A DNA stretch of 64,000 nt, from NCBI GenBank assembly GCA_963769935.1, contig CAVYNY010000010.1:352001-416000 (forward strand), given 5' to 3'. The notes beneath the pieces were generated by a model. It did not search any database. It worked only from the letters and a program-made list of their open reading frames with translations, and was not told the DNA's origin. Every line of letters begins with the position of its first letter. The first letter of the stretch is position 1. Made by a program: the position numbers and the translations under genes. The DNA is from an uncultured delta proteobacterium. Its GTDB lineage: Bacteria > Desulfobacterota > Desulfobacteria > Desulfobacterales > JAFDCJ01. Shown here piece by piece: positions 49,397-58,566 of this stretch.

Positions 49397-51316
49397 TCAG
49401 CGGGGTTCGAGCAGCAGGACCCCCTCGTCCGTATTCATATCCACTCGAAATCGATGCAGGTAATTGAGTCCCAGCAGCCCCCAGTCGGGTTGATTCGGAA
49501 TATCTAAAACCAGCGCCTTGATGTCATTGACCTCCCAGCCTTCAATGGTAATCGAGGATAGACTCACTTCCGGCGCATATTGCACGCCGCCGGCGGTAAT
49601 AATTTTTCGCATGGGATTGCGCCCATCGATGGACAGGCCCAGTTCTTGAGCGGTTGTGCTGGGTATGGTCACCATTGATGCGCCGGTGTCCACAATAAAG
49701 TTTTGATACGTATTCCCATTGAGGACGGCGTTGACGGGGATTTGGTGGGAGCCGGGAGCAAATTCGATGACGATTTTTCCTTCCTGCGCCTTTAATTCTG
49801 ATATTTGATTCTGCAGATTCTGAATTTTGTCTTTTAAAGAGGCCGGATATTCTTTCGCCGCCAGAATTTCTTCGGCTTCAGCCCAGTTGTTTTCGGCCAG
49901 CGCCAGCTGCACCCCCATTAAATGGACGTTCAGATCATCGGGCAATCGGCGTCCCGCGAGTCGATAGGCTCTCCAGGCGGCCTGCAAATTGTCCTGGTTA
50001 AATAGGGCTGTAATCCAGTTTAAATAAAGATCCGCAAAGGTCTTGGTCAGCAGCGCCGAATCCCGCTCGCTGACCGCCGACAGGCCATCCGCCACATTCT
50101 GGGCCAGTTCAATCGCCCCTTCATAGCCATAGCTTTGCGCAGTTGCCCGAGCCACGGTCATCAGCAATTCAGCATCGGCGGCTTCGATTAAAATCTGAGT
50201 ATCAAAAATATCGGCCAGTTCCCTGCTGTTGCCGGCTTTTAGGGCGTTTCCAGCCAGCTTTTTCATATTCTCAACGGCAAATGCCCTCTGCAGATGAGCT
50301 GGTGTTATTTTGTCCGCAAGCTTCGGAGCGATTCTAAAGGCGTTGGCCAGGGCTTCCAGCCGCTCCAGATCCGAGTAGTCCGGCCCCATCGCGTAGGCGC
50401 GCACCAATTCTTCTTCTCTGCTGTTCGCAAATGTAATTCGGTAAAAATCATCGACCCGAATCTCGGGGCTCAGATACCGGCCCTCATCACCGTTCCAGAT
50501 AAAAGCACCTTCAATATTATTGCCAAAGGTCCATCCCACAACTCGATCCTGCTGAATCAGAATGCCATTTTCAGTGAAATTCCCGGCCAGGGTACCTTCA
50601 ATAAAATGCCCCTGTTCGTTCGGATTTTCAAATTCCACGGGTTCCGGAGAACTCAACGCCGCCAAAGGCAACCAGGTTAATTGCCCGTCGGCCGACCATG
50701 GAGCAAGCTCCGGCCCCTCAATTCTAAAATCTTCCATAATTCGCCACAGCCCGATGCGGTCGTAGTCACTGTAAATTCCACCGACAATACCAACCTCAAG
50801 ATCCGGTCCTATTTTGAGCGTCCATTCGGCGCCGCCCAGACACACCTGCTTCGGCAAAGCCACCCAGCCTCCGCCAACCACCGCCACGGGGACCTCTTTT
50901 ATAATTTTCCCGGTAATATCTTTAATGACAACCGTTCCAACCGGAATTTTTATTTTGGACGGTGAGCTGTGCGCGCTGGTATCATCGTTTTGCTTTTGGG
51001 GTACGACACCCTTGGTGGGCGCTTCAGCGATATCCTTGGGGAGAAGCGGCGTCTCGGCGGACGGAATTTCAGCAGGTAATTTTTGCGGCTTACGTTCGGC
51101 AATTCGCTGATGGCCAAAGTAGTACAACGCAGCGGCCATACAAACGAGCACGATGACAACCCATGCCCACCGGGAATTGCGGCCGGAGGGTATATGCAGC
51201 CGCGTCCCGCAGTTCAGGCAGAAATTGGACTCGAGGAAATTTGCCGTCTTACACTTCGGGCATGTTAAGACATCGTCGCTCTCAGGTAAGATGATTTTTA
51301 GATCATTATCCGCCAT
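49397..51316 (-). CDS. Membrane-anchored protein with N-terminal zinc ribbon and C-terminal clan AA (retropepsin-like) aspartyl protease
   Basis: CPKC...FCLNCG, one TM helix, FIVDTGAS, GLLGLNYL. Confidence 0.85.
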   Translation of the reverse strand: MADNDLKIILPESDDVLTCPKCKTANFLESNFCLNCGTRLHIPSGRNSRWAWVVIVLVCMAAALYYFGHQRIAERKPQKLPAEIPSAETPLLPKDIAEAPTKGVVPQKQNDDTSAHSSPSKIKIPVGTVVIKDITGKIIKEVPVAVVGGGWVALPKQVCLGGAEWTLKIGPDLEVGIVGGIYSDYDRIGLWRIMEDFRIEGPELAPWSADGQLTWLPLAALSSPEPVEFENPNEQGHFIEGTLAGNFTENGILIQQDRVVGWTFGNNIEGAFIWNGDEGRYLSPEIRVDDFYRITFANSREEELVRAYAMGPDYSDLERLEALANAFRIAPKLADKITPAHLQRAFAVENMKKLAGNALKAGNSRELADIFDTQILIEAADAELLMTVARATAQSYGYEGAIELAQNVADGLSAVSERDSALLTKTFADLYLNWITALFNQDNLQAAWRAYRLAGRRLPDDLNVHLMGVQLALAENNWAEAEEILAAKEYPASLKDKIQNLQNQISELKAQEGKIVIEFAPGSHQIPVNAVLNGNTYQNFIVDTGASMVTIPSTTAQELGLSIDGRNPMRKIITAGGVQYAPEVSLSSITIEGWEVNDIKALVLDIPNQPDWGLLGLNYLHRFRVDMNTDEGVLLLEPR

Positions 51317-51387
51317 ATGCCTGCTAGTTTTCGTCAAATAAGATCATTTGAAAATCAGCTAAAGCCAGGCATCAACTGAATTTAATT

Positions 51388-52185
51388 TCACGTGTTCGGA
51401 CGTAAACATTCTCGGACCTGCATAAAAGTATCAGGAGACGCCACCAGCAAATGCTCATCGATTCTCTGTCCGTCCAGGTATTCATTCAGATGAAAATCAC
51501 ATCCGTCAAATTTGCAGATTTTCCCCCCGGCCGCCTCGATTATCACCCGGGCCGCCGCCAACCCCTGGAAGGATTCATTGGCTACAACCGCCGCATCCGC
51601 CCGTCCCATGGCCACATAACATATATGAGCGGATGAACACCCCAAATTCCGAATTTTACCGGGAAAGGTCGAGTAATAATGCTGATGAAATCGCGAAAAA
51701 GTAAACAACAAACTTTCATCGTTGATGGTGTGCCCATCGTCTATTTTTATCTTCTGCTTCCCCCAATAAGCGTTCTGTCCGGCCCTGGCATGAAATAGAT
51801 CACCGGTGGCGGGCATATAAAAAACGCCGAAAATGGGCCAAAAATTATCAATCAGAGCCAGAGACATGCCCCAGATCGGAATGCCGGCCTGAAAATTGGC
51901 CACGCCCTCTATGGCATCGAAAATCCACAGATATCGTTTTCCTTCATGGGAGTAGTTTTCGTTTAATTGGTCGAACTTGAACACCTGGTGTTCGGGATAC
52001 AGTTCGGCCAGTTTTGCTTGAAAGTGATCCGTTAATCGCAGCTCCGCTTCGATGACCATCCCCTGGTCGAATTTCACCTGGGGTTGGCCTTTGCCATAAA
52101 ACGCCAAGGCTTTTTTGCCTGCTTCTTTGATAAATTCAGTCGCAAATGTGCTTAATTCTTCGATCCCATGACCTTTGGCACCCAT
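51388..52185 (-). CDS. Inositol monophosphatase (SuhB)-family protein with degenerate motifs
   Basis: WIFDAIEGVANF, RNLGCSSAHICYVAMGRAD, IIEAAGG. Confidence 0.85.
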   Translation of the reverse strand: MGAKGHGIEELSTFATEFIKEAGKKALAFYGKGQPQVKFDQGMVIEAELRLTDHFQAKLAELYPEHQVFKFDQLNENYSHEGKRYLWIFDAIEGVANFQAGIPIWGMSLALIDNFWPIFGVFYMPATGDLFHARAGQNAYWGKQKIKIDDGHTINDESLLFTFSRFHQHYYSTFPGKIRNLGCSSAHICYVAMGRADAAVVANESFQGLAAARVIIEAAGGKICKFDGCDFHLNEYLDGQRIDEHLLVASPDTFMQVRECLRPNT

Positions 52186-52280
52186 TGGCCCTCCTTCTGC
52201 GTTTAGTTGGAATTTTTATTGGTAGTCTAACAAAACTGTGTTCTGCGCCAAAATACCTGAAATTTAGTTTCATGAATAAA

Positions 52281-53960
52281 TTAATCATCAACCAATTTAA
52301 TTACAATCATGGTCACATCATCTTCCGGTTTCCGGTCTTCTGAAAACCGGTGGAGCCGTCCAAGACTGGCAGCTATAATTTCTTTGGCGCTGGCCGTGGG
52401 ATTTTGCCGAATAACCTGATAGAGCGGCTCTTTGCCGAACATTTCCCCTCGCGGATTGCGTGCCTCCCAGATACCGTCGGTCCCGAGAAAGATTATCTGG
52501 TTGCGAACAAGATTCTTTTTCTCGTTTTCTTCGAACTGCGCATCTGAGCGCACGCCCAGAGCCATGCCGGGACCTCGCAATTCTTCAAATGAATCCGCGG
52601 CCGGATCATAAAAGATTCCCGGATCATGTCCGGCACGAACCCAGCTCAAGTTTCTATTTTTAGCATCAATGGCCAAATAAAACAACGTCATGAATCCGCC
52701 GGATTCTTCGACATCGCTGGCAAGCTGCCGGTTGACGTCGGCAACCGTGTGGGCAATACTTCCGGGCAGGTCGGATCGTTGACGCAAAAACGCCCGGGCG
52801 GTGGCCATAAGCAGGGCTGAGGAGACACCGTGTCCGGATACATCTCCTAAGACCACCCTGATTTTGCCCGCATCGCCCGCATCATATCCAAGAAAATCAT
52901 AGTAATCCCCTCCGGTCTCATCACAATAGACGCTGGTCGCGGCAATATCCAAGCCTTTTACCTGAGGCGCTTGGCGGGGCAACAGGGCCTGCTGAACTTC
53001 TTTGGCCAGACATAAGGATCGGCGCATGCGGTCGCGTTCTATCAGGCCCTCGGTCATTTCGTTCATCCCGTCACCCAGCAAACCAAGCTCATCATTGGAT
53101 ACGACCTGGACTTTGTGATGGAAATTTCCGTCACGCACATTATATACCAATTGGATCATCTCTTTAATCGGTTTCAATATGGAATTTCCAACCAGGATAT
53201 TCAAACTGAACGCAATGACAATAAAAAGAACACTCAACACAACGGTAAAGACCAGAATCTGTTGGCCGAATTGACCGGCGGTAACTGCGCTATCCTTAAC
53301 TTCCCAGACCGCGAAGGCCAGCGTACCCACCAGAAGAATCATGGGGGCATTGGTTCCGACACCCAGCAAAACTCGGATTCTTCTTAGAATGGAAATTTTT
53401 ATGGCCCCCGTCACTGCGGCCAATTTGCCTGCGGGGAAAAAAACCGGAACCAGATTCGTGCGGGAATAATCATCAATCAGGAAAAATGAAATAAAGGAAG
53501 CGATCAGGCCGATCATGACGAGCCTGAAAAACCCATAAAAAAAACTGCTGATTGACATATTTATCAGAAAAGACATAATCGGCAGCAATACGGCAGACAA
53601 AACTATCCACATGGCAACATTCACCAGAGCGAGAGTAATCGGCAAATTCAAGAGCCTGCGCTCTGCCAGGGCTTGAAGCCCTGCTTCCGGTTTCTCGTCG
53701 GATTGAAGCTTTTTCAGCGCGGCGGCGATGGGACGCTGGACAAGATATTGCAGGAACACGGCAATTAGAGAAATAAAAGCGAGAATGACAGGTATCGCTG
53801 CCCAGTTGCCTTTGGATAGAAATCCCCGCCATTCTTCAAAAATCGCCAGGGGTGTAAAAATATTCAGCACGGCGATGATGAAGTTGCCCGAGATATTGGC
53901 TGCAAAATTTCGCAGATAAAGAGCGGTTAACCCGGATTTGACTGGTTTCGGTGCTTTCAT
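52281..53960 (-). CDS. Membrane HAMP + SpoIIE (PP2C) phosphatase
   Basis: TM region, HAMP (NDELGLL), GGDYYDF, GDVSGHG, GTDGIWE, EDDVT. Confidence 0.92.
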   Translation of the reverse strand: MKAPKPVKSGLTALYLRNFAANISGNFIIAVLNIFTPLAIFEEWRGFLSKGNWAAIPVILAFISLIAVFLQYLVQRPIAAALKKLQSDEKPEAGLQALAERRLLNLPITLALVNVAMWIVLSAVLLPIMSFLINMSISSFFYGFFRLVMIGLIASFISFFLIDDYSRTNLVPVFFPAGKLAAVTGAIKISILRRIRVLLGVGTNAPMILLVGTLAFAVWEVKDSAVTAGQFGQQILVFTVVLSVLFIVIAFSLNILVGNSILKPIKEMIQLVYNVRDGNFHHKVQVVSNDELGLLGDGMNEMTEGLIERDRMRRSLCLAKEVQQALLPRQAPQVKGLDIAATSVYCDETGGDYYDFLGYDAGDAGKIRVVLGDVSGHGVSSALLMATARAFLRQRSDLPGSIAHTVADVNRQLASDVEESGGFMTLFYLAIDAKNRNLSWVRAGHDPGIFYDPAADSFEELRGPGMALGVRSDAQFEENEKKNLVRNQIIFLGTDGIWEARNPRGEMFGKEPLYQVIRQNPTASAKEIIAASLGRLHRFSEDRKPEDDVTMIVIKLVDD

Positions 53961-54071
53961 TGCGTTTAATCTAGTTGCCAAAGTGCAGACCCTTGAAGAC
54001 AAAAAAATACAGACCTATATATAATATTAAGGTGATTGAAACATCTTATAAGGTCTTGAAAGTCTCGATCC

Positions 54072-54154
54072 TGGAGTACTGGAGTCATGGAGTATTGAAA
54101 AAAAGATATCACACCTATAGCCATCAGTCCAACACTGCAGTACTCCAACACTCC
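54072..54154. repeat. Inverted array of 8-bp TGGAGTA-type units
   Basis: tggagtactggagtcatggagtattg ... ccaacactgcagtactccaacactcc. Confidence 0.7.
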
Positions 54155-54365
54155 GAAGCATAATCCTCCAACAAAGATTACCTTGTTTTGGTTCATAGTT
54201 CCGTAAAATTAGTTGAATGACCATAGCCGCCGGAACCGATTGGATCAAGAAAAAACCGCATGTATTCACCGGATCTTTTGTTGACAAGACCCTGTCGATG
54301 CCGTAGTATTCACCCCGATTTTATACTGTTTACGGTAAGTTAGACGAAAAACCGGAGGTGGCCAA

Positions 54366-54947
54366 ATGAGTCGGGATGTACCAACGCGCGAAGAGGCCCT
54401 CGTGCTTCTGAAACACTACAATCAAAATGAAAGCTTGATAAAACATGCCCTGGCAGTGGAAGCCGTCATGCGTTATTTTGCCCGCAAACGTGGCGAAGAC
54501 GAAGAGAAATGGGGCAAGATCGGCCTGATCCACGACCTTGATTATGAACAATTTCCCGATCAGCATTGTAAAAAGACCGAAGAAATACTGCGGGAAAACA
54601 ACTGGCCGGAAGAATACATCCGGGCCGTGGTCAGTCATGGCTGGGGAATCTGCACCGATGTAGCGCCGGAGTCGGAACTGGAAAAGGTGCTTTTTACCAT
54701 CGATGAACTCACCGGACTGGTGGTGACAACCGCCCTCGTGCGTCCTTCAAAAAGCGTGCTGGATGTTGAAACCAAGTCGGTTAAAAAGAAATGGAAGGAC
54801 AAACGATTTGCTGCCGGCGTAAATCGATCCATTATCGAAAAGGGCGCCGGGATGCTGGGAATGGATCTTACGGACGTGATTAACGATACCATCATGGGCA
54901 TGCGTGAGGTGGCTGATGAAATCGGGTTGAAGGGCAACGTGGAGTGA
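54366..54947 (+). CDS. HD-domain hydrolase
   Basis: KHALAVEAVM, GLIHDLDYE, DELTGL, FAAGVNR. Confidence 0.9.
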   Translation: MSRDVPTREEALVLLKHYNQNESLIKHALAVEAVMRYFARKRGEDEEKWGKIGLIHDLDYEQFPDQHCKKTEEILRENNWPEEYIRAVVSHGWGICTDVAPESELEKVLFTIDELTGLVVTTALVRPSKSVLDVETKSVKKKWKDKRFAAGVNRSIIEKGAGMLGMDLTDVINDTIMGMREVADEIGLKGNVE

Positions 54948-55077
54948 TTTCGGAAGGCGGAGTAAATTCGCAGACCGGTCGAAGTTCACAGCCCCATAGA
55001 GATTGGTATTATTGAATTCAGAGTTGATCGTTTAAACTATCAGCCATGAACTGTGAACTAATTTCGCCGGCAATCCG

Positions 55078-55374
55078 TCACTTCTTACGAAATCCAATAT
55101 ATACCCAATAAATTATCCAGATAACCGCTACCGGGCCGACGCCGAGATATAAATACAGGATCAGGTCTTCATTCCAGGGCTGGATAAACGCTGCAATGAC
55201 CGCCGGCCAAAGCACAGTAGCCGCAATAGCTGATCTCATCTTACCGGATAATACGGCCACCGGTTTGGTTTTGGCGGCCGGTTTTTCATTTCCGCGGCTC
55301 AAAATTCTGGGCAAAAAAAAGATTGCCAGAATAATGATTACGAGTACCAGTATTTCTTGAATACCTGAAAACAT
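55078..55374 (-). CDS. Small membrane protein (TatA-like N-terminal helix, 3 TM)
   Basis: MFSGIQEILVLVIIILAIFFLP; RBS ggag. Confidence 0.7.
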   Translation of the reverse strand: MFSGIQEILVLVIIILAIFFLPRILSRGNEKPAAKTKPVAVLSGKMRSAIAATVLWPAVIAAFIQPWNEDLILYLYLGVGPVAVIWIIYWVYIGFRKK

Positions 55375-55642
55375 CTATTCTCCATTGTTGCGGCACTCTG
55401 GTTATCACAAAAATACTTGAGTGACAAGTTGCCTGCCGTCGTATTGAACCGGAATGGCATATAACAACATTCCCCATCAACTCAATTATTCAATCCACTC
55501 AATAAACTAAGACAACCGATCCAACTCCATCAATTTTCCATTTTTTTCTCTTACCTGTTTTTCACAAATTTTCTCACCCTGTTTACCCAACCTGAATCAC
55601 ATTTCTTAAACAGCGACATCGCCGATAGCTTCGGTTCCGTTT

Positions 55643-55699
55643 TAACTATTTGATATCTATATAATTTTAAAATTTCTAGTGTTTGGTATGTTTTTTGCC
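55643..55699 (+). promoter_or_regulatory. IHF site plus sigma-54 promoter upstream of the minor-pilin cluster
   Basis: taactatttgata (reverse complement TATCAAATAGTTA matches WATCAANNNNTTR) at 55643-55655; TTGGTATGTTTTTTGC (GG-N10-GC) at 55683-55698. Confidence 0.65.
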
Positions 55700-55914
55700 T
55701 GAAGAACGGCAGCCTGACATTGCATTCCGCTTAAAGTCAAGCAAAAAGCGTTTCAATCAGTTATTTGCTTCAATCTATAAAGATTATTCAAGATTTTATA
55801 TTGACACACAAAGTGAATTACCTTAAACAACAGAGTTGTTGGATTGACGTTTATCTCTCAGGCCCTGTCATCTAGCAATTCCACAAGGAAAAAGATATTG
55901 ACAACCTTGAAATG

Positions 55915-55956
55915 AAGCCTCCAAGGGGACATTGGTGTTCTTAAGGAGGCTTTTTT
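55915..55956 (+). terminator. Intrinsic terminator in the leader upstream of fimT
   Basis: aagcctcc...ggaggctttttt. Confidence 0.72.
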
Positions 55957-56043
55957 CATTTTTCATATAGCCGACACCGCGTATTTGGATGGCGCAAGGA
56001 TACGGGTCCGTTTTCGTGATTTCAAGGACGAGAGATTTCAATT

Positions 56044-56514
56044 ATGCACCGAGACTCAGGTTTCACGCTGATTGAGTTGATGACGACACTGGGGATAATT
56101 GCAGTTCTTGCCAGTATTGCAATACCGAACTATATTGGTTGGCTTCCCCAATACAGGCTGGGCAGCGCTGCCAGGGATTTGCTGTCCGCAATGCAGTATG
56201 GTCGGTTGACAGCCGTCAAAAACAATGCCGATGTGCAGGTGAAATTTTACCCGGATCAGGATAATTACCGGTTCTTTGCTGATTATGACGGTGATCATGA
56301 TCAGGACGCAGATGAACCCACCATAAAAAGCGGTAAAATGCCCCAAGGCGTACACCTGAAGGAAACAAATTTTCATGGCAATACTTTCTATTTTGACGGC
56401 AGAGGGCTTGCATCCGGTTCAGGCGGCACGATATCCCTCGAGAATATTTCGATGAATCAAACTCAAATTCGAGTGAATCGAACCGGCAACTCCAGAATTC
56501 TGGTGGCAGAGTAG
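56044..56514 (+). CDS. fimT: Type IV minor pilin FimT/FimU (GspH-like)
   Basis: Prepilin motif G|FTLIELM. Confidence 0.88.
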   Translation: MHRDSGFTLIELMTTLGIIAVLASIAIPNYIGWLPQYRLGSAARDLLSAMQYGRLTAVKNNADVQVKFYPDQDNYRFFADYDGDHDQDADEPTIKSGKMPQGVHLKETNFHGNTFYFDGRGLASGSGGTISLENISMNQTQIRVNRTGNSRILVAE

Positions 56515-56630
56515 AACACTCCGACAAAAAGCGACCGGTGGCGTAAGATCAGAAGGATCCTTAGAATTTCGAATATTTCTAATGTCTCGCACGTCGGCAG
56601 GTTTATCGCCATCGTGCAGGTACACTAACC

Positions 56631-57452
56631 ATGAGAAATGATTCCGGCGGCTACACCCTGGTCGAGCTCTTAATTGCGATGTCCATCGCGGCCATTTTAA
56701 TAACGGCCATCTATCAGGTCTACCAGATGCGTCAAAGTTCCGATCTCAAACAACAGCTGATGGTTGAAATGCAGGAAAACATCCGGGCAGCTGCTTCTCT
56801 GATAAAAAGAGAAATCAGAATGACCGGCTATGATCCCGCTGCAAACGATGGCGAAGATAGCGATGGCGATTCGGCCGTTGATAATGAAGACGAATCTGCG
56901 GATACGGGAATCGAAAAGGCCGGCCGCGATATGATAAGGTTTACTTTCGACTATGATGCCGACATGACGACCGACCCCGATGAAAGGATTACTTACGGCT
57001 TTGCAAATTCATATGATGCCGACAGCGACGGAATCGCCGATTCAGGGGCCGGCCGGCTTTACAGACAAACCGGCGATGGAATACTGATCGGCATAGCTGA
57101 AAATATCCAGGCCATCGGGTTTGCCTATGCATTTGACCATAATCATGACGGCATCCTGGATACCGACGACGGCACCGCCGATGGCCAGATCGTGTGGGCT
57201 TACGATGCCGACCTTGCCGATGGAGATGATGCGCTTACCACGAATCTGGATGGCAATTTGTTGGCCGCCCCGGTGCCGCTATCCGATATCCGGGCAATCA
57301 GGGTTTGGATTCTGGCCCGAACCAGAGCACCGATCAGGGGGCATGTTGAAGACCGGACCTATGCGGTGGGTGACCGAAATATTTCATGCGCCGACAATTA
57401 CCCGCGCCGTTTGCTCACGGCCACGGTGTATTGCAGAAATATGGGACTCTGA
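56631..57452 (+). CDS. pilW: Type IV minor pilin PilW
   Basis: G|YTLVELL, EMQENIRAA...IRMTGYDP, C-terminal RNMGL. Confidence 0.87.
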   Translation: MRNDSGGYTLVELLIAMSIAAILITAIYQVYQMRQSSDLKQQLMVEMQENIRAAASLIKREIRMTGYDPAANDGEDSDGDSAVDNEDESADTGIEKAGRDMIRFTFDYDADMTTDPDERITYGFANSYDADSDGIADSGAGRLYRQTGDGILIGIAENIQAIGFAYAFDHNHDGILDTDDGTADGQIVWAYDADLADGDDALTTNLDGNLLAAPVPLSDIRAIRVWILARTRAPIRGHVEDRTYAVGDRNISCADNYPRRLLTATVYCRNMGL

Positions 57453-57506
57453 GTTTAGCCTGTGTCCATCGGATCCGGCAAAAATGGTCCGCCTGGTTTT
57501 AAATAA

Positions 57507-57905
57507 ATGAAAAAACGAATACCCAATCGGGGTTACACCCTTATCGAAGTGCTAATCGCCATGAGCATTTTTGCCGTGGGCTTTCTAGCCGTGGCGAGTA
57601 TGGAGATCATGGCCATTAGCCAGAATGCCAGTGCCAGAATGCAGACTGAAGCAACCGCCAAGGCCGTAGACCGGCTGGAAAGGCTGCTGGCCCTGCCTTA
57701 TGATCATATAGATTTAAATGAGCAGAACAACCCCCACCGGGTGATGTCCGAAGGCTATACGGTCGAATGGATGGTTGAGGATGATGTGCCGATCAATGCC
57801 ACCAAATCCATTAAAATCACCGTGTCCGCTGCGAACCGGAATGCCAAGCCGATCTCTATAAGTTTCACAAGAGCCGCTGGTCTTGATTCCGGATCCGGTT
57901 CTTAG
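57507..57905 (+). CDS. pilV: Type IV minor pilin PilV
   Basis: G|YTLIEVLIAMSIFAVGFLAVASM. Confidence 0.87.
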   Translation: MKKRIPNRGYTLIEVLIAMSIFAVGFLAVASMEIMAISQNASARMQTEATAKAVDRLERLLALPYDHIDLNEQNNPHRVMSEGYTVEWMVEDDVPINATKSIKITVSAANRNAKPISISFTRAAGLDSGSGS

Positions 57906-57933
57906 TAGGCGGTAGACTGAAGGGATGTAATCC

Positions 57934-58554
57934 ATGCCGCAATCAACTTTTTACAAAAAAAATCAGGAAGGTTTTATTATCATCGCGGCCGTGATGATGC
58001 TCGCTCTGCTTACAATAATCGCTGTCTCCGCCTTAAACACGAGTACCACGGAAGTTAAGATAGCAACCAATGAGCTTCTCTATGAAAAAACATTTTATGC
58101 CGCCGAATCCGGATTACAGCATTTGAAACAACTTCTTAGAAGCCAAGTGGTTAAGTACCAGGCCGTCAATCCGGCGTCGGGCACGGTTCCGAGCTGGAGT
58201 TTTGCCTTAAAGGGCGCCCAGGATACAACCGGCGACGACAACGGTGACTTTGAGGGCGCCGTCGAATGGATCAATAGAGAAATTGACGGAATCACCGTTA
58301 AGGTGAGCGTCTGGAATAATGCGGACAGCGGCAATTATGAAACCGATACCGATGGGCTGATCTACGCCCGGTCCGCAGCCAAAGGACCGCGGGGATCTGC
58401 GTGCAGCATCGAAATACTGTTGCGGAGCACGATGAACGGTATGGCGATTAGTGATTACAGCGCCCAGCAGGGTGCGGGACCGGACAAGAATTACGTTTCT
58501 GATGATGTGAAAGCGATGACAAGTTTTGAAAATCAAATAACTTTGGTCCACTAA
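57934..58554 (+). CDS. pilX: Type IV minor pilin PilX
   Basis: EG|FIIIA (no Glu5), FYAAESG. Confidence 0.87.
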   Translation: MPQSTFYKKNQEGFIIIAAVMMLALLTIIAVSALNTSTTEVKIATNELLYEKTFYAAESGLQHLKQLLRSQVVKYQAVNPASGTVPSWSFALKGAQDTTGDDNGDFEGAVEWINREIDGITVKVSVWNNADSGNYETDTDGLIYARSAAKGPRGSACSIEILLRSTMNGMAISDYSAQQGAGPDKNYVSDDVKAMTSFENQITLVH

Positions 58555-58566
58555 AAGGCAAGCCCT

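Noticed and set aside
55607..55628. TAAA...GCCGATAG as a sigma-28 promoter
   Set aside because: The spacing is 10 bp rather than 15.
55853..55862. CTCTCAGG as a glycine riboswitch
   Set aside because: The GGAGA and CCGAAG elements of the aptamer are absent.
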